This document shows positions 1-12,000 of a DNA stretch of 64,000 nt, piece after piece. The notes below the pieces were generated by a model. That model had not been told where the DNA came from. It saw only the letters and a program-made list of their open reading frames with translations, and made no database searches. Position 1 is the first letter of the stretch; every line of letters starts with the position of its first letter. The position numbers and the translations under genes are program-made. This DNA is from the human T2T-CHM13v2.0 reference genome, Homo sapiens: the NCBI RefSeq assembly GCF_009914755.1, contig NC_060946.1. The stretch is one strand, 5' to 3'.

Positions 1-122
1 TACTTCAAAAAGAGCGTTTCAAACCTGCTCTATGAAAGGCAATGTTCAACTCTGTGACTTGAATGCAGACATCACAGAGCTGTTTCTGAGAATGCTTCTG
101 TCTAGATTTTATAGGAAGATAT

Positions 123-139
123 TCCCGTTTCCAACGAAA
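123..139 (-). promoter_or_regulatory. CENP-B box 1 of 4 per HOR (repeated every ~1364 bp)
   Basis: TCCCGTTTCCAACGAAA is the reverse complement of TTTCGTTGGAAACGGGA, with all 9 essential positions (nTTCGnnnnAnnCGGGn) intact. Confidence 0.97.
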
Positions 140-293
140 TCTTCACAGCTATCCAAATATCCACTTGCAGATTCTACAAAAAGAGTGTATCCAAACTGCT
201 CTGTCAAAAGGAAGGTTCTTCTCTGTTAGGTGAGTGCATACGTCATAAAGGAGTTTCTGAGAATGTTTCTGTCTAGTGGTTATGGGAAGATAT

Positions 294-310
294 TTGCTTT
301 TTCACCGTAG
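294..310. promoter_or_regulatory. pJ-alpha-like (A-box) motif of A-type monomers, example; 4 per HOR alternating with CENP-B boxes
   Basis: TTGCTTTTTCACCGTAG lies 171 bp from box 1. The equivalents TTCCTTTCTCACCATAG, TTCCCTTTTCACCGTAG and TCCCTTTATCACCATGG resemble the pJ-alpha consensus TTCCTTTTYCACCRTAG. Confidence 0.75.
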
Positions 311-464
311 GCCTCAGAGCGCTCCAAATATCCACTTGCACATACTACAAAAAGAGTGCCTCAAAGCTGCTCTCTGAAATGGAATGTTCAACTCTATGAG
401 TTGAATGCAAACATCACAAAGACGTTTCTGAGAATGCTTCTGTCTAGATTTGATATGAAGATAT

Positions 465-481
465 TCCCGTTTCCAACGAAA
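465..481 (-). promoter_or_regulatory. CENP-B box 2 of 4 per HOR
   Basis: TCCCGTTTCCAACGAAA, 342 bp after box 1. Confidence 0.97.
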
Positions 482-801
482 TCTTCAAATCTATCCAAAT
501 GTCCACTTGCAGATTCAACAAAAAGTGTTTTTCAGAACTGCTCTATCAAAAGAAAGATCCACCTCTGTTAGCTGAGTTCACACATCCAAACAAGTTTATG
601 AGAATGCTTCTGTCTAGTTTTTATTTGAAGATATTTCCTTTCTCACCATAGACCTGAAAGCTGTCCTAATGTTCACTTCCAGATACTACAGAAAGAGTGT
701 TTAAAAACTGCTGTACGAAAGGGAATGTTCAACTCTGTGACTTGAATGCACACATCACAAAGAAGTTTCTGAGGATGCTGCTGTCTACTTTTTATACGTA
801 A

Positions 802-818
802 TCCCGTTTCCAACGAAA
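802..818 (-). promoter_or_regulatory. CENP-B box 3 of 4 per HOR (flank shortened by 4 bp)
   Basis: TCCCGTTTCCAACGAAA preceded by TTTATACGTAA instead of TTTATATGAAGATAT. Confidence 0.97.
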
Positions 819-1143
819 TCCTCCAAGCTATCCAAATATCTACTTGCAGATTCCACAGAAAGACTGTTTCAAAACTGCTCTGTCAATAGAAAGGTTCAAC
901 TCTGTTAGCTGCGTGCATATATCCCAAAGAAGTTTCTGAGATTGCTTCTGTCTAGTTTTTATGGGAAGATATTTCCCTTTTCACCGTAGGTGTCAAGGCG
1001 CTCCAAATGTCCACTTCCAGATACTACAAAAAGAGTGTTTCAAACCTACTCTGTGAAAGCGAATATTCAACTCTGTGACTTGAATGCACATATCACAAAG
1101 AAGTTTCTGAGAATGCTTCTGTCGAGATTTTATATGAAGATAT

Positions 1144-1160
1144 TCCCGTTTCCAACGAAA
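1144..1160 (-). promoter_or_regulatory. CENP-B box 4 of 4 per HOR
   Basis: TCCCGTTTCCAACGAAA, 342 bp after box 3. Confidence 0.97.
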
Positions 1161-1718
1161 TCCTGAAATCTATCCAAATATCCCCTCGCAGATTCTACAA
1201 AAAGAGTGTTTCAAAACTGCTCTGTAAAAAGAAAGGTTCAACTCTGTTAGTTGAGTACACACATCACAAACAAGTTTCACAGAATGCTTCTTTCTAGCTT
1301 GTAGGGGAAGATATTCCCTTTATCACCATGGGCCTCCAACCGTCCGAAACATCCACTTCCATATACTACAAAAAGAGCGTTTCAAACCTGCTCTATGAAA
1401 GGCAATGTTCAACTCTGTGACTTGAATGCAGACATCACAGAGCAGTTTCTGAGAATGCTTCTGTCTAGATTTTATAGGAAGATATTCCCGTTTCCAACGA
1501 AATCTTCACAGCTATCCAAATATCCACTTGCAGATTCTACAAAAAGAGTGTATCAAAACTGCTCTGTCAAAAGGAAGGTTCTTCTCTGTTAGGTGAGTGC
1601 ATACGTCATAAAGGAGTTTCTGAGAATGTTTCTGTCTAGTGGTTATGGGAAGATATTTGCTTTTTCACCGTAGGCCTCAGAGCGCTCCAAATATCCACTT
1701 GCACATACTACAAAAAGA

Positions 1719-3082
1719 GTGCCTCAAAGCTGCTCTCTGAAACGGAATGTTCAACTCTATGAGTTGAATGCAAACATCACAAAGACGTTTCTGAGAATGC
1801 TTCTGTCTAGATTTGATATGAAGATATTCCCGTTTCCAACGAAATCTTCAAATCTATCCAAATGTCCACTTGCAGATTCAACAAAAAGTGTTTTTCAGAA
1901 CTGCTCTATCAAAAGAAAGATCCACCTCTGTTAGCTGAGTTCACACATCACAAACAAGTTTATGAGAATGCTTCTGTCTAGTTTTTATTTGAAGATATTT
2001 CCTTTCTCACCATAGACCTGAAAGCTGTCCTAATGTTCACTTCCAGATACTACAGAAAGAGTGTTTCAAAACTGCTGTACGAAAGGGAATGTTCAACTCT
2101 GTGACTTGAATGCACACATCACAAAGAAGTTTCTGAGGATGCTGCTGTCTACTTTTTATACGTAATCCCGTTTCCAACGAAATCCTCCAAGCTATCCAAA
2201 TATCCACTTGCAGATTCCACAGAAAGACTGTTTCAAAACTGCTCTGTCAATAGAAAGGTTCAACTCTGTTAGCTGCGTGCATATATCCCAAAGAAGATTC
2301 TGAGATTGCTTCTGTCTAGTTTTTATGGGAAGATATTTCCCTTTTCACCGTAGGCGTCAAGGCGCTCCAAATGTCCACTTCCAGATACTACAAAAAGAGT
2401 GTTTCAAACCTACTCTGTGAAAGCGAATATTCAACTCTGTGACTTGAATGCACATATCACAAAGAAGTTTCTGAGAATGCTTCTGTCGAGATTTTATATG
2501 AAGATATTCCCGTTTCCAACGAAATCCTGAAATCTATCCAAATATCCCCTCGCAGATTCTACAAAAAGAGTGTTTCAAAACTGCTCTGTAAAAAGAAAGG
2601 TTCAACTCTGTTAGTTGAGTACACACATCACAAACAAGTTTCACAGAATGCTTCTTTCTAGCTTGTAGGGGAAGATATTCCCTTTATCACCATGGGCCTC
2701 CAACCGTCCGAAACGTCCACTTCCATATACTACCAAAAGAGCGTTTCAAACCTGCTCTAGGAAAGGCAATGTTCAACTCTGTGACTTGAATGCAGACATC
2801 ACAGAGCAGTTTCTGAGAATGCTTCTGTCTAGATTTTATAGGAAGATATTCCCGTTTCCAACGAAATCTTCACAGCTATCCAAATATCCACTTGCAGATT
2901 CTACAAAAAGAGTGTATCAAAACTGCTCTGTCAAAAGGAAGGTTCTTCTCTGTTAGGTGAGTGCATACGTCATAAAGGAGTTTCTGAGAATGTTTCTGTC
3001 TAGTGGTTATGGGAAGATATTTGCTTTTTCACCGTAGGCCTCAGAGCGCTCCAAATATCCACTTGCACATACTACAAAAAGA
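1719..3082 (-). repeat. One representative full-length HOR unit (1364 bp; arbitrary phase)
   Basis: The sequence from 1719 restarts at 3083. CENP-B box spacings of 342+338+342+342 sum to 1364. Each unit has two XbaI sites (e.g. 101, 443) and one TaqI site (e.g. 1122). Confidence 0.97.
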
Positions 3083-6000
3083 GTGCCTCAAAGCTGCTCT
3101 CTGAAACGGAATGTTCAACTCTATGAGTTGAATGCAAACATCACAAAGACGTTTCTGAGAATGCTTCTGTCTAGATTTGATATGAAGATATTCCCGTTTC
3201 CAACGAAATCTTCAAATCTATCCAAATGTCCACTTGCAGATTCAACAAAAAGTGTTTTTCAGAACTGCTCTATCAAAAGAAAGATCCACCTCTGTTAGCT
3301 GAGTTCACACATCACAAACAAGTTTATGAGAATGCTTCTGTCTAGTTTTTATTTGAAGATATTTCCTTTCTCACCATAGACCTGAAAGCTGTCCTAATGT
3401 TCACTTCCAGATACTACAGAAAGAGTGTTTCAAAACTGCTGTACGAAAGGGAATGTTCAACTCTGTGACTTGAATGCACACATCACAAAGAAGTTTCTGA
3501 GGATGCTGCTGTCTACTTTTTATACGTAATCCCGTTTCCAACGAAATCCTCCAAGCTATCCAAATATCCACTTGCAGATTCCACAGAAAGACTGTTTCAA
3601 AACTGCTCTGTCAATAGAAAGGTTCAACTCTGTTAGCTGCGTGCATATATCCCAAAGAAGATTCTGAGATTGCTTCTGTCTAGTTTTTATGGGAAGATAT
3701 TTCCCTTTTCACCGTAGGCGTCAAGGCGCTCCAAATGTCCACTTCCAGATACTACAAAAAGAGTGTTTCAAACCTACTCTGTGAAAGCGAATATTCAACT
3801 CTGTGACTTGAATGCACATATCACAAAGAAGTTTCTGAGAATGCTTCTGTCGAGATTTTATATGAAGATGTTCCCGTTTCCAACGAAATCCTGAAATCTA
3901 TCCAAATATCACCTCGCAGATTCTACAAAAAGAGTGTTTCAAAACTGCTCTGTAAAAAGAAAGTTTCAACTCTGTTACTTGAGTACACACATCACAAACA
4001 AGTTTCACAGAATGCTTCTTTCTAGCTTGTAGGGGAAGATATTCCCTTTATCACCATGGTCCTCAAACCGTCCGAAACGTCCACTTCCATATACTACAAA
4101 AAGAGCGTTTCAAACCTGCTCTATGAAAGGCAATGTTCAACTCTGTGACTTGAATGCAGACATCACAGAGCAGTTTCTGAGAATGCTTCTGTCTAGATTT
4201 TATAGGAAGATATTCCCGTTTCCAACGAAATCTTCACAGCTATCCAAATATCCACTTGCAGATTCTACAAAAAGAGTGTATCAAAACTGCTCTGTCAAAA
4301 GGAAGGTTCTTCTCTTTTAGGTGAGTGCATACGTCATAAAGGAGTTTCTGAGAATGTTTCTGTCTAGTGGTTATGGGAAGATATTTGCTTTTTCACCGTA
4401 GGCCTCAGAGCGCTCCAAATATCCACTTGCACATACTACAAAAAGAGTGCCTCAAAGCTGCTCTCTGAAACGGAATGTTCAACTCTATGAGTTGAATGCA
4501 AACATCACAAAGACGTTTCTGAGAATGCTTCTGTCTAGATTTGATATGAAGATATTCCCGTTTCCAACGAAATCTTCAAATCTATCCAAATGTCCACTTG
4601 CAGATTCAACAAAAAGTGTTTTTCAGAACTGCTCTATCAAAAGAAAGATCCACCTCTGTTAGCTGAGTTCACACATCACAAACAAGTTTATGAGAATGCT
4701 TCTGTCTAGTTTTTATTTGAAGATATTTCCTTTCTCACCATAGACCTGAAAGCTGTCCTAATGTTCACTTCCAGATACTACAGAAAGAGTGTTTCAAAAC
4801 TGCTGTACGAAAGGGAATGTTCAACTCTGTGACTTGAATGCACACATCACAAAGAAGTTTCTGAGGATGCTGCTGTCTACTTTTTATACGTAATCCCGTT
4901 TCCAACGAAATCCTCCAAGCTATCCAAATATCCACTTGCAGATTCCACAGAAAGACTGTTTCAAAACTGCTCTGTCAATAGAAAGGTTCAACTCTGTTAG
5001 CTGCGTGCATATATCCCAAAGAAGATTCTGAGATTGCTTCTGTCTAGTTTTTATGGGAAGATATTTCCCTTTTCACCGTAGGCGTCAAGGCGCTCCAAAT
5101 GTCCACTTCCAGATACTACAAAAAGAGTGTTTCAAACCTACTCTGTGAAAGCGAATATTCAACTCTGTGACTTGAATGCACATATCACAAAGAAGTTTCT
5201 GAGAATGCTTCTGTCGAGATTTTATATGAAGATATTCCCGTTTCCAACGAAATCCTGAAATCTATCCAAATATCCCCTCGCAGATTCTACAAAAAGAGTG
5301 TTTCAAAACTGCTCTGTAAAAAGAAAGGTTCAACTCTGTTAGTTGAGTACACACATCACAAACAAGTTTCACAGAATGCTTCTTTCTAGCTTGTAGGGGA
5401 AGATATTCCCTTTATCACCATGGGCCTCCAACCGTCCGAAACGTCCACTTCCATATACTACCAAAAGAGCGTTTCAAACCTGCTCTAGGAAAGGCAATGT
5501 TCAACTCTGTGACTTGAATGCAGACATCACAGAGCAGTTTCTGAGAATGCTTCTGTCTAGATTTTATAGGAAGATATTCCCGTTTCCAACGAAATCTTCA
5601 CAGCTATCCAAATATCCACTTGCAGATTCTACAAAAAGAGTGTATCAAAACTGCTCTGTCAAAAGGAAGGTTCTTCTCTTTTAGGTGAGTGCATACGTCA
5701 TAAAGGAGTTTCTGAGAATGTTTCTGTCTAGTGGTTATGGGAAGATATTTGCTTTTTCACCGTAGGCCTCAGAGCGCTCCAAATATCCACTTGCACATAC
5801 TACAAAAAGAGTGCCTCAAAGCTGCTCTCTGAAACGGAATGTTCAACTCTATGAGTTGAATGCAAACATCACAAAGACGTTTCTGAGAATGCTTCTGTCT
5901 AGATTTGATATGAAGATATTCCCGTTTCCAACGAAATCTTCAAATCTATCCAAATGTCCACTTGCAGATTCAACAAAAAGTGTTTTTCAGAACTGCTCTA

Positions 6001-9000
6001 TCAAAAGAAAGATCCACCTCTGTTAGCTGAGTTCACACATCACAAACAAGTTTATGAGAATGCTTCTGTCTAGTTTTTATTTGAAGATATTTCCTTTCTC
6101 ACCATAGACCTGAAAGCTGTCCTAATGTTCACTTCCAGATACTACAGAAAGAGTGTTTAAAAACTGCTGTACGAAAGGGAATGTTCAACTCTGTGACTTG
6201 AATGCACACATCACAAAGAAGTTTCTGAGGATGCTGCTGTCTACTTTTTATACGTAATCCCGTTTCCAACGAAATCCTCCAAGCTATCCAAATATCCACT
6301 TGCAGATTCCACAGAAAGACTGTTTCAAAACTGCTCTGTCAATAGAAAGGTTCAACTCTGTTAGCTGCGTGCATATATCTCAAAGAAGATTCTGAGATTG
6401 CTTCTGTCTAGTTTTTATGGGAAGATATTTCCCTTTTCACCGTAGGCGTCAAGGCGCTCCAAATGTCCACTTCCAGATACTACAAAAAGAGTGTTTCAAA
6501 CCTACTCTGTGAAAGCGAATATTCAACTCTGTGACTTGAATGCACATATCACAAAGAAGTTTCTGAGAATGCTTCTGTCGAGATTTTATATGAAGATATT
6601 CCCGTTTCCAACGAAATCCTGAAATCTATCCAAATATCCCCTCGCAGATTCTACAAAAAGAGTGTTTCAAAACTGCTCTGTAAAAAGAAAGGTTCAACTC
6701 TGTTAGTTGAGTACACACATCACAAACAAGTTTCACAGAATGCTTCTTTCTAGCTTGTAGGGGAAGATATTCCCTTTATCACCATGGGCCTCCAACCGTC
6801 CGAAACGTCCACTTCCATATACTACCAAAAGAGCGTTTCAAACCTGCTCTAGGAAAGGCAATGTTCAACTCTGTGACTTGAATGCAGACATCACAGAGCA
6901 GTTTCTGAGAATGCTTCCGTCTAGATTTTATAGGAAGATATTCCCGTTTCCAACGAAATCTTCACAGCTATCCAAATATCCACTTGCAGATTCTACAAAA
7001 AGAGTGTATCAAAACTGCTCTGTCAAAAGGAAGGTTCTTCTCTGTTAGGTGAGTGCATACGTCATAAAGGAGTTTCTGAGAATGTTTCTGTCTAGTGGTT
7101 ATGGGAAGATATTTGCTTTTTCACCGTAGGCCTCAGAGCGCTCCAAATATCCACTTGCACATACTACAAAAAGAGTGCCTCAAAGCTGCTCTCTGAAACG
7201 GAATGTTCAACTCTATGAGTTGAATGCAAACATCACAAAGACGTTTCTGAGAATGCTTCTGTCTAGATTTGATATGAAGATATTCCCGTTTCCAACGAAA
7301 TCTTCAAATCTATCCAAATGTCCACTTGCAGATTCAACAAAAAGTGTTTTTCAGAACTGCTCTATCAAAAGAAAGATCCACCTCTGTTAGCTGAGTTCAC
7401 ACATCACAAACAAGTTTATGAGAATGCTTCTGTCTAGTTTTTATTTGAAGATATTTCCTTTCTCACCATAGACCTGAAAGCTGTCCTAATGTTCACTTCC
7501 AGATACTACAGAAAGAGTGTTTCAAAACTGCTGTACGAAAGGGAATGTTCAACTCTGTGACTTGAATGCACACATCACAAAGAAGTTTCTGAGGATGCTG
7601 CTGTCTACTTTTTATACGTAATCCCGTTTCCAACGAAATCCTCCAAGCTATCCAAATATCCACTTGCAGATTCCACAGAAAGACTGTTTCAAAACTGCTC
7701 TGTCAATAGAAAGGTTCAACTCTGTTAGCTGCGTGCATATATCCCAAAGAAGATTCTGAGATTGCTTCTGTCTAGTTTTTATGGGAAGATATTTCCCTTT
7801 TCACCGTAGGCGTCAAGGCGCTCCAAATGTCCACTTCCAGATACTACAAAAAGAGTGTTTCAAACCTACTCTGTGAAAGGGAATATTCAACTCTGTGACT
7901 TGAATGCACATATCACAAAGAAGTTTCTGAGAATGCTTCTGTCGAGATTTTATATGAAGATATTCCCGTTTCCAACGAAATCCTGAAATCTATCCAAATA
8001 TCCCCTCGCAGATTCTACAAAAAGAGTGTTTCAAAACTGTTCTGTAAAAAGAAAGGTTCAACTCTGTTAGTTGAGTACACACATCACAAACAAGTATCAC
8101 AGAATGCTTCTTTCTAGCTTGTAGGGGAAGATATTCCCTTTATCACCATGGGCCTCAAACCGTCCGAAACGTCCACTTCCATATACTTCAAAAAGAGCGT
8201 TTCAAACCTGCTCTATGAAAGGCAATGTTCAACTCTGTGACTTGAATGCAGACATCACAGAGCTGTTTCTGAGAATGCTTCTGTCTAGATTTTATAGGAA
8301 GATATTCCCGTTTCCAACGAAATCTTCACAGCTATCCAAATATCCACTTGCAGATTCTACAAAAAGAGTGTATCCAAACTGCTCTGTCAAAAGGAAGGTT
8401 CTTCTCTGTTAGGTGAGTGCATACGTCATAAAGGAGTTTCTGAGAATGTTTCTGTCTAGTGGTTATGGGAAGATATTTGCTTTTTCACCGTAGGCCTCAG
8501 AGCGCTCCAAATATCCACTTGCACATACTACAAAAAGAGTGCCTCAAAGCTGCTCTCTGAAATGGAATGTTCAACTCTATGAGTTGAATGCAAACATCAC
8601 AAAGACGTTTCTGAGAATGCTTCTGTCTAGATTTGATATGAAGATATTCCCGTTTCCAACGAAATCTTCAAATCTATCCAAATGTCCACTTGCAGATTCA
8701 ACAAAAAGTGTTTTTCAGAACTGCTCTATCAAAAGAAAGATCCACCTCTGTTAGCTGAGTTCACACATCCAAACAAGTTTATGAGAATGCTTCTGTCTAG
8801 TTTTTATTTGAAGATATTTCCTTTCTCACCATAGACCTGAAAGCTGTCCTAATGTTCACTTCCAGATACTACAGAAAGAGTGTTTAAAAACTGCTGTACG
8901 AAAGGGAATGTTCAACTCTGTGACTTGAATGCACACATCACAAAGAAGTTTCTGAGGATGCTGCTGTCTACTTTTTATACGTAATCCCGTTTCCAACGAA

Positions 9001-12000
9001 ATCCTCCAAGCTATCCAAATATCTACTTGCAGATTCCACAGAAAGACTGTTTCAAAACTGCTCTGTCAATAGAAAGGTTCAACTCTGTTAGCTGCGTGCA
9101 TATATCCCAAAGAAGTTTCTGAGATTGCTTCTGTCTAGTTTTTATGGGAAGATATTTCCCTTTTCACCGTAGGTGTCAAGGCGCTCCAAATGTCCACTTC
9201 CAGATACTACAAAAAGAGTGTTTCAAACCTACTCTGTGAAAGCGAATATTCAACTCTGTGACTTGAATGCACATATCACAAAGAAGTTTCTGAGAATGCT
9301 TCTGTCGAGATTTTATATGAAGATATTCCCGTTTCCAACGAAATCCTGAAATCTATCCAAATATCCCCTCGCAGATTCTACAAAAAGAGTGTTTCAAAAC
9401 TGCTCTGTAAAAAGAAAGGTTCAACTCTGTTAGTTGAGTACACACATCACAAACAAGTTTCACAGAATGCTTCTTTCTAGCTTGTAGGGGAAGATATTCC
9501 CTTTATCACCATGGGCCTCCAACCGTCCGAAACATCCACTTCCATATACTACAAAAAGAGCGTTTCAAACCTGCTCTATGAAAGGCAATGTTCAACTCTG
9601 TGACTTGAATGCAGACATCACAGAGCAGTTTCTGAGAATGCTTCTGTCTAGATTTTATAGGAAGATATTCCCGTTTCCAACGAAATCTTCACAGCTATCC
9701 AAATATCCACTTGCAGATTCTACAAAAAGAGTGTATCAAAACTGCTCTGTCAAAAGGAAGGTTCTTCTCTGTTAGGTGAGTGCATACGTCATAAAGGAGT
9801 TTCTGAGAATGTTTCTGTCTAGTGGTTATGGGAAGATATTTGCTTTTTCACCGTAGGCCTCAGAGCGCTCCAAATATCCACTTGCACATACTACAAAAAG
9901 AGTGCCTCAAAGCTGCTCTCTGAAACGGAATGTTCAACTCTATGAGTTGAATGCAAACATCACAAAGACGTTTCTGAGAATGCTTCTGTCTAGATTTGAT
10001 ATGAAGATATTCCCGTTTCCAACGAAATCTTCAAATCTATCCAAATGTCCACTTGCAGATTCAACAAAAAGTGTTTTTCAGAACTGCTCTATCAAAAGAA
10101 AGATCCACCTCTGTTAGCTGAGTTCACACATCACAAACAAGTTTATGAGAATGCTTCTGTCTAGTTTTTATTTGAAGATATTTCCTTTCTCACCATAGAC
10201 CTGAAAGCTGTCCTAATGTTCACTTCCAGATACTACAGAAAGAGTGTTTCAAAACTGCTGTACGAAAGGGAATGTTCAACTCTGTGACTTGAATGCACAC
10301 ATCACAAAGAAGTTTCTGAGGATGCTGCTGTCTACTTTTTATACGTAATCCCGTTTCCAACGAAATCCTCCAAGCTATCCAAATATCCACTTGCAGATTC
10401 CACAGAAAGACTGTTTCAAAACTGCTCTGTCAATAGAAAGGTTCAACTCTGTTAGCTGCGTGCATATATCCCAAAGAAGATTCTGAGATTGCTTCTGTCT
10501 AGTTTTTATGGGAAGATATTTCCCTTTTCACCGTAGGCGTCAAGGCGCTCCAAATGTCCACTTCCAGATACTACAAAAAGAGTGTTTCAAACCTACTCTG
10601 TGAAAGGGAATATTCAACTCTGTGACTTGAATGCACATATCACAAAGAAGTTTCTGAGAATGCTTCTGTCGAGATTTTATATGAAGATATTCCCGTTTCC
10701 AACGAAATCCTGAAATCTATCCAAATATCCCCTCGCAGATTCTACAAAAAGAGTGTTTCAAAACTGCTCTGTAAAAAGAAAGGTTCAACTCTGTTAGTTG
10801 AGTACACACATCACAAACAAGTTTCACAGAATGCTTCTTTCTAGCTTGTAGGGGAAGATATTCCCTTTATCACCATGGTCCTCAAACCGTCCGAAACGTC
10901 CACTTCCATATACTACAAAAAGAGCGTTTCAAACCTGCTCTAGGAAAGGCAATGTTCAACTCTGTGACTTGAATGCAGACATCACAGAACAGTTTCTGAG
11001 AATGCTTCTGTCTAGATTTTATAGGAAGATATTCCCGTTTCCAACGAAATCTTCACAGCTATCCAAATATCCACTTGCAGATTCTACAAAAAGAGTGTAT
11101 CAAAACTGCTCTGTCAAAAGGAAGGTTCTTCTCTGTTAGGTGAGTGCATACGTCATAAAGGAGTTTCTGAGAATGTTTCTGTCTAGTGGTTATGGGAAGA
11201 TATTTGCTTTTTCACCGTAGGCCTCAGAGCGCTCCAAATATCCACTTGCACATACTACAAAAAGAGTGCCTCAAAGCTGCTCTCTGAAACGGAATGTTCA
11301 ACTCTATGAGTTGAATGCAAACATCACAAAGACGTTTCTGAGAATGCTTCTGTCTAGATTTGATATGAAGATATTCCCGTTTCCAACGAAATCTTCAAAT
11401 CTATCCAAATGTCCACTTGCAGATTCAACAAAAAGTGTTTTTCAGAACTGCTCTATCAAAAGAAAGATCCACCTCTGTTAGCTGAGTTCACACATCACAA
11501 ACAAGTTTATGAGAATGCTTCTGTCTAGTTTTTATTTGAAGATATTTCCTTTCTCACCATAGACCTGAAAGCTGTCCTAATGTTCACTTCCAGATACTAC
11601 AGAAAGAGTGTTTCAAAACTGCTGTACGAAAGGGAATGTTCAACTCTGTGACTTGAATGCACACATCACAAAGAAGTTTCTGAGGATGCTGCTGTCTACT
11701 TTTTATACGTAATCCCGTTTCCAACGAAATCCTCCAAGCTATCCAAATATCCACTTGCAGATTCCACAGAAAGACTGTTTCAAAACTGCTCTGTCAATAG
11801 AAAGGTTCAACTCTGTTAGCTGCGTGCATATATCCCAAAGAAGATTCTGAGATTGCTTCTGTCTAGTTTTTATGGGAAGATATTTCCCTTTTCACCGTAG
11901 GCGTCAAGGCGCTCCAAATGTCCACTTCCAGATACTACAAAAAGAGTGTTTCAAACCTACTCTGTGAAAGGGAATATTCAACTCTGTGACTTGAATGCAC

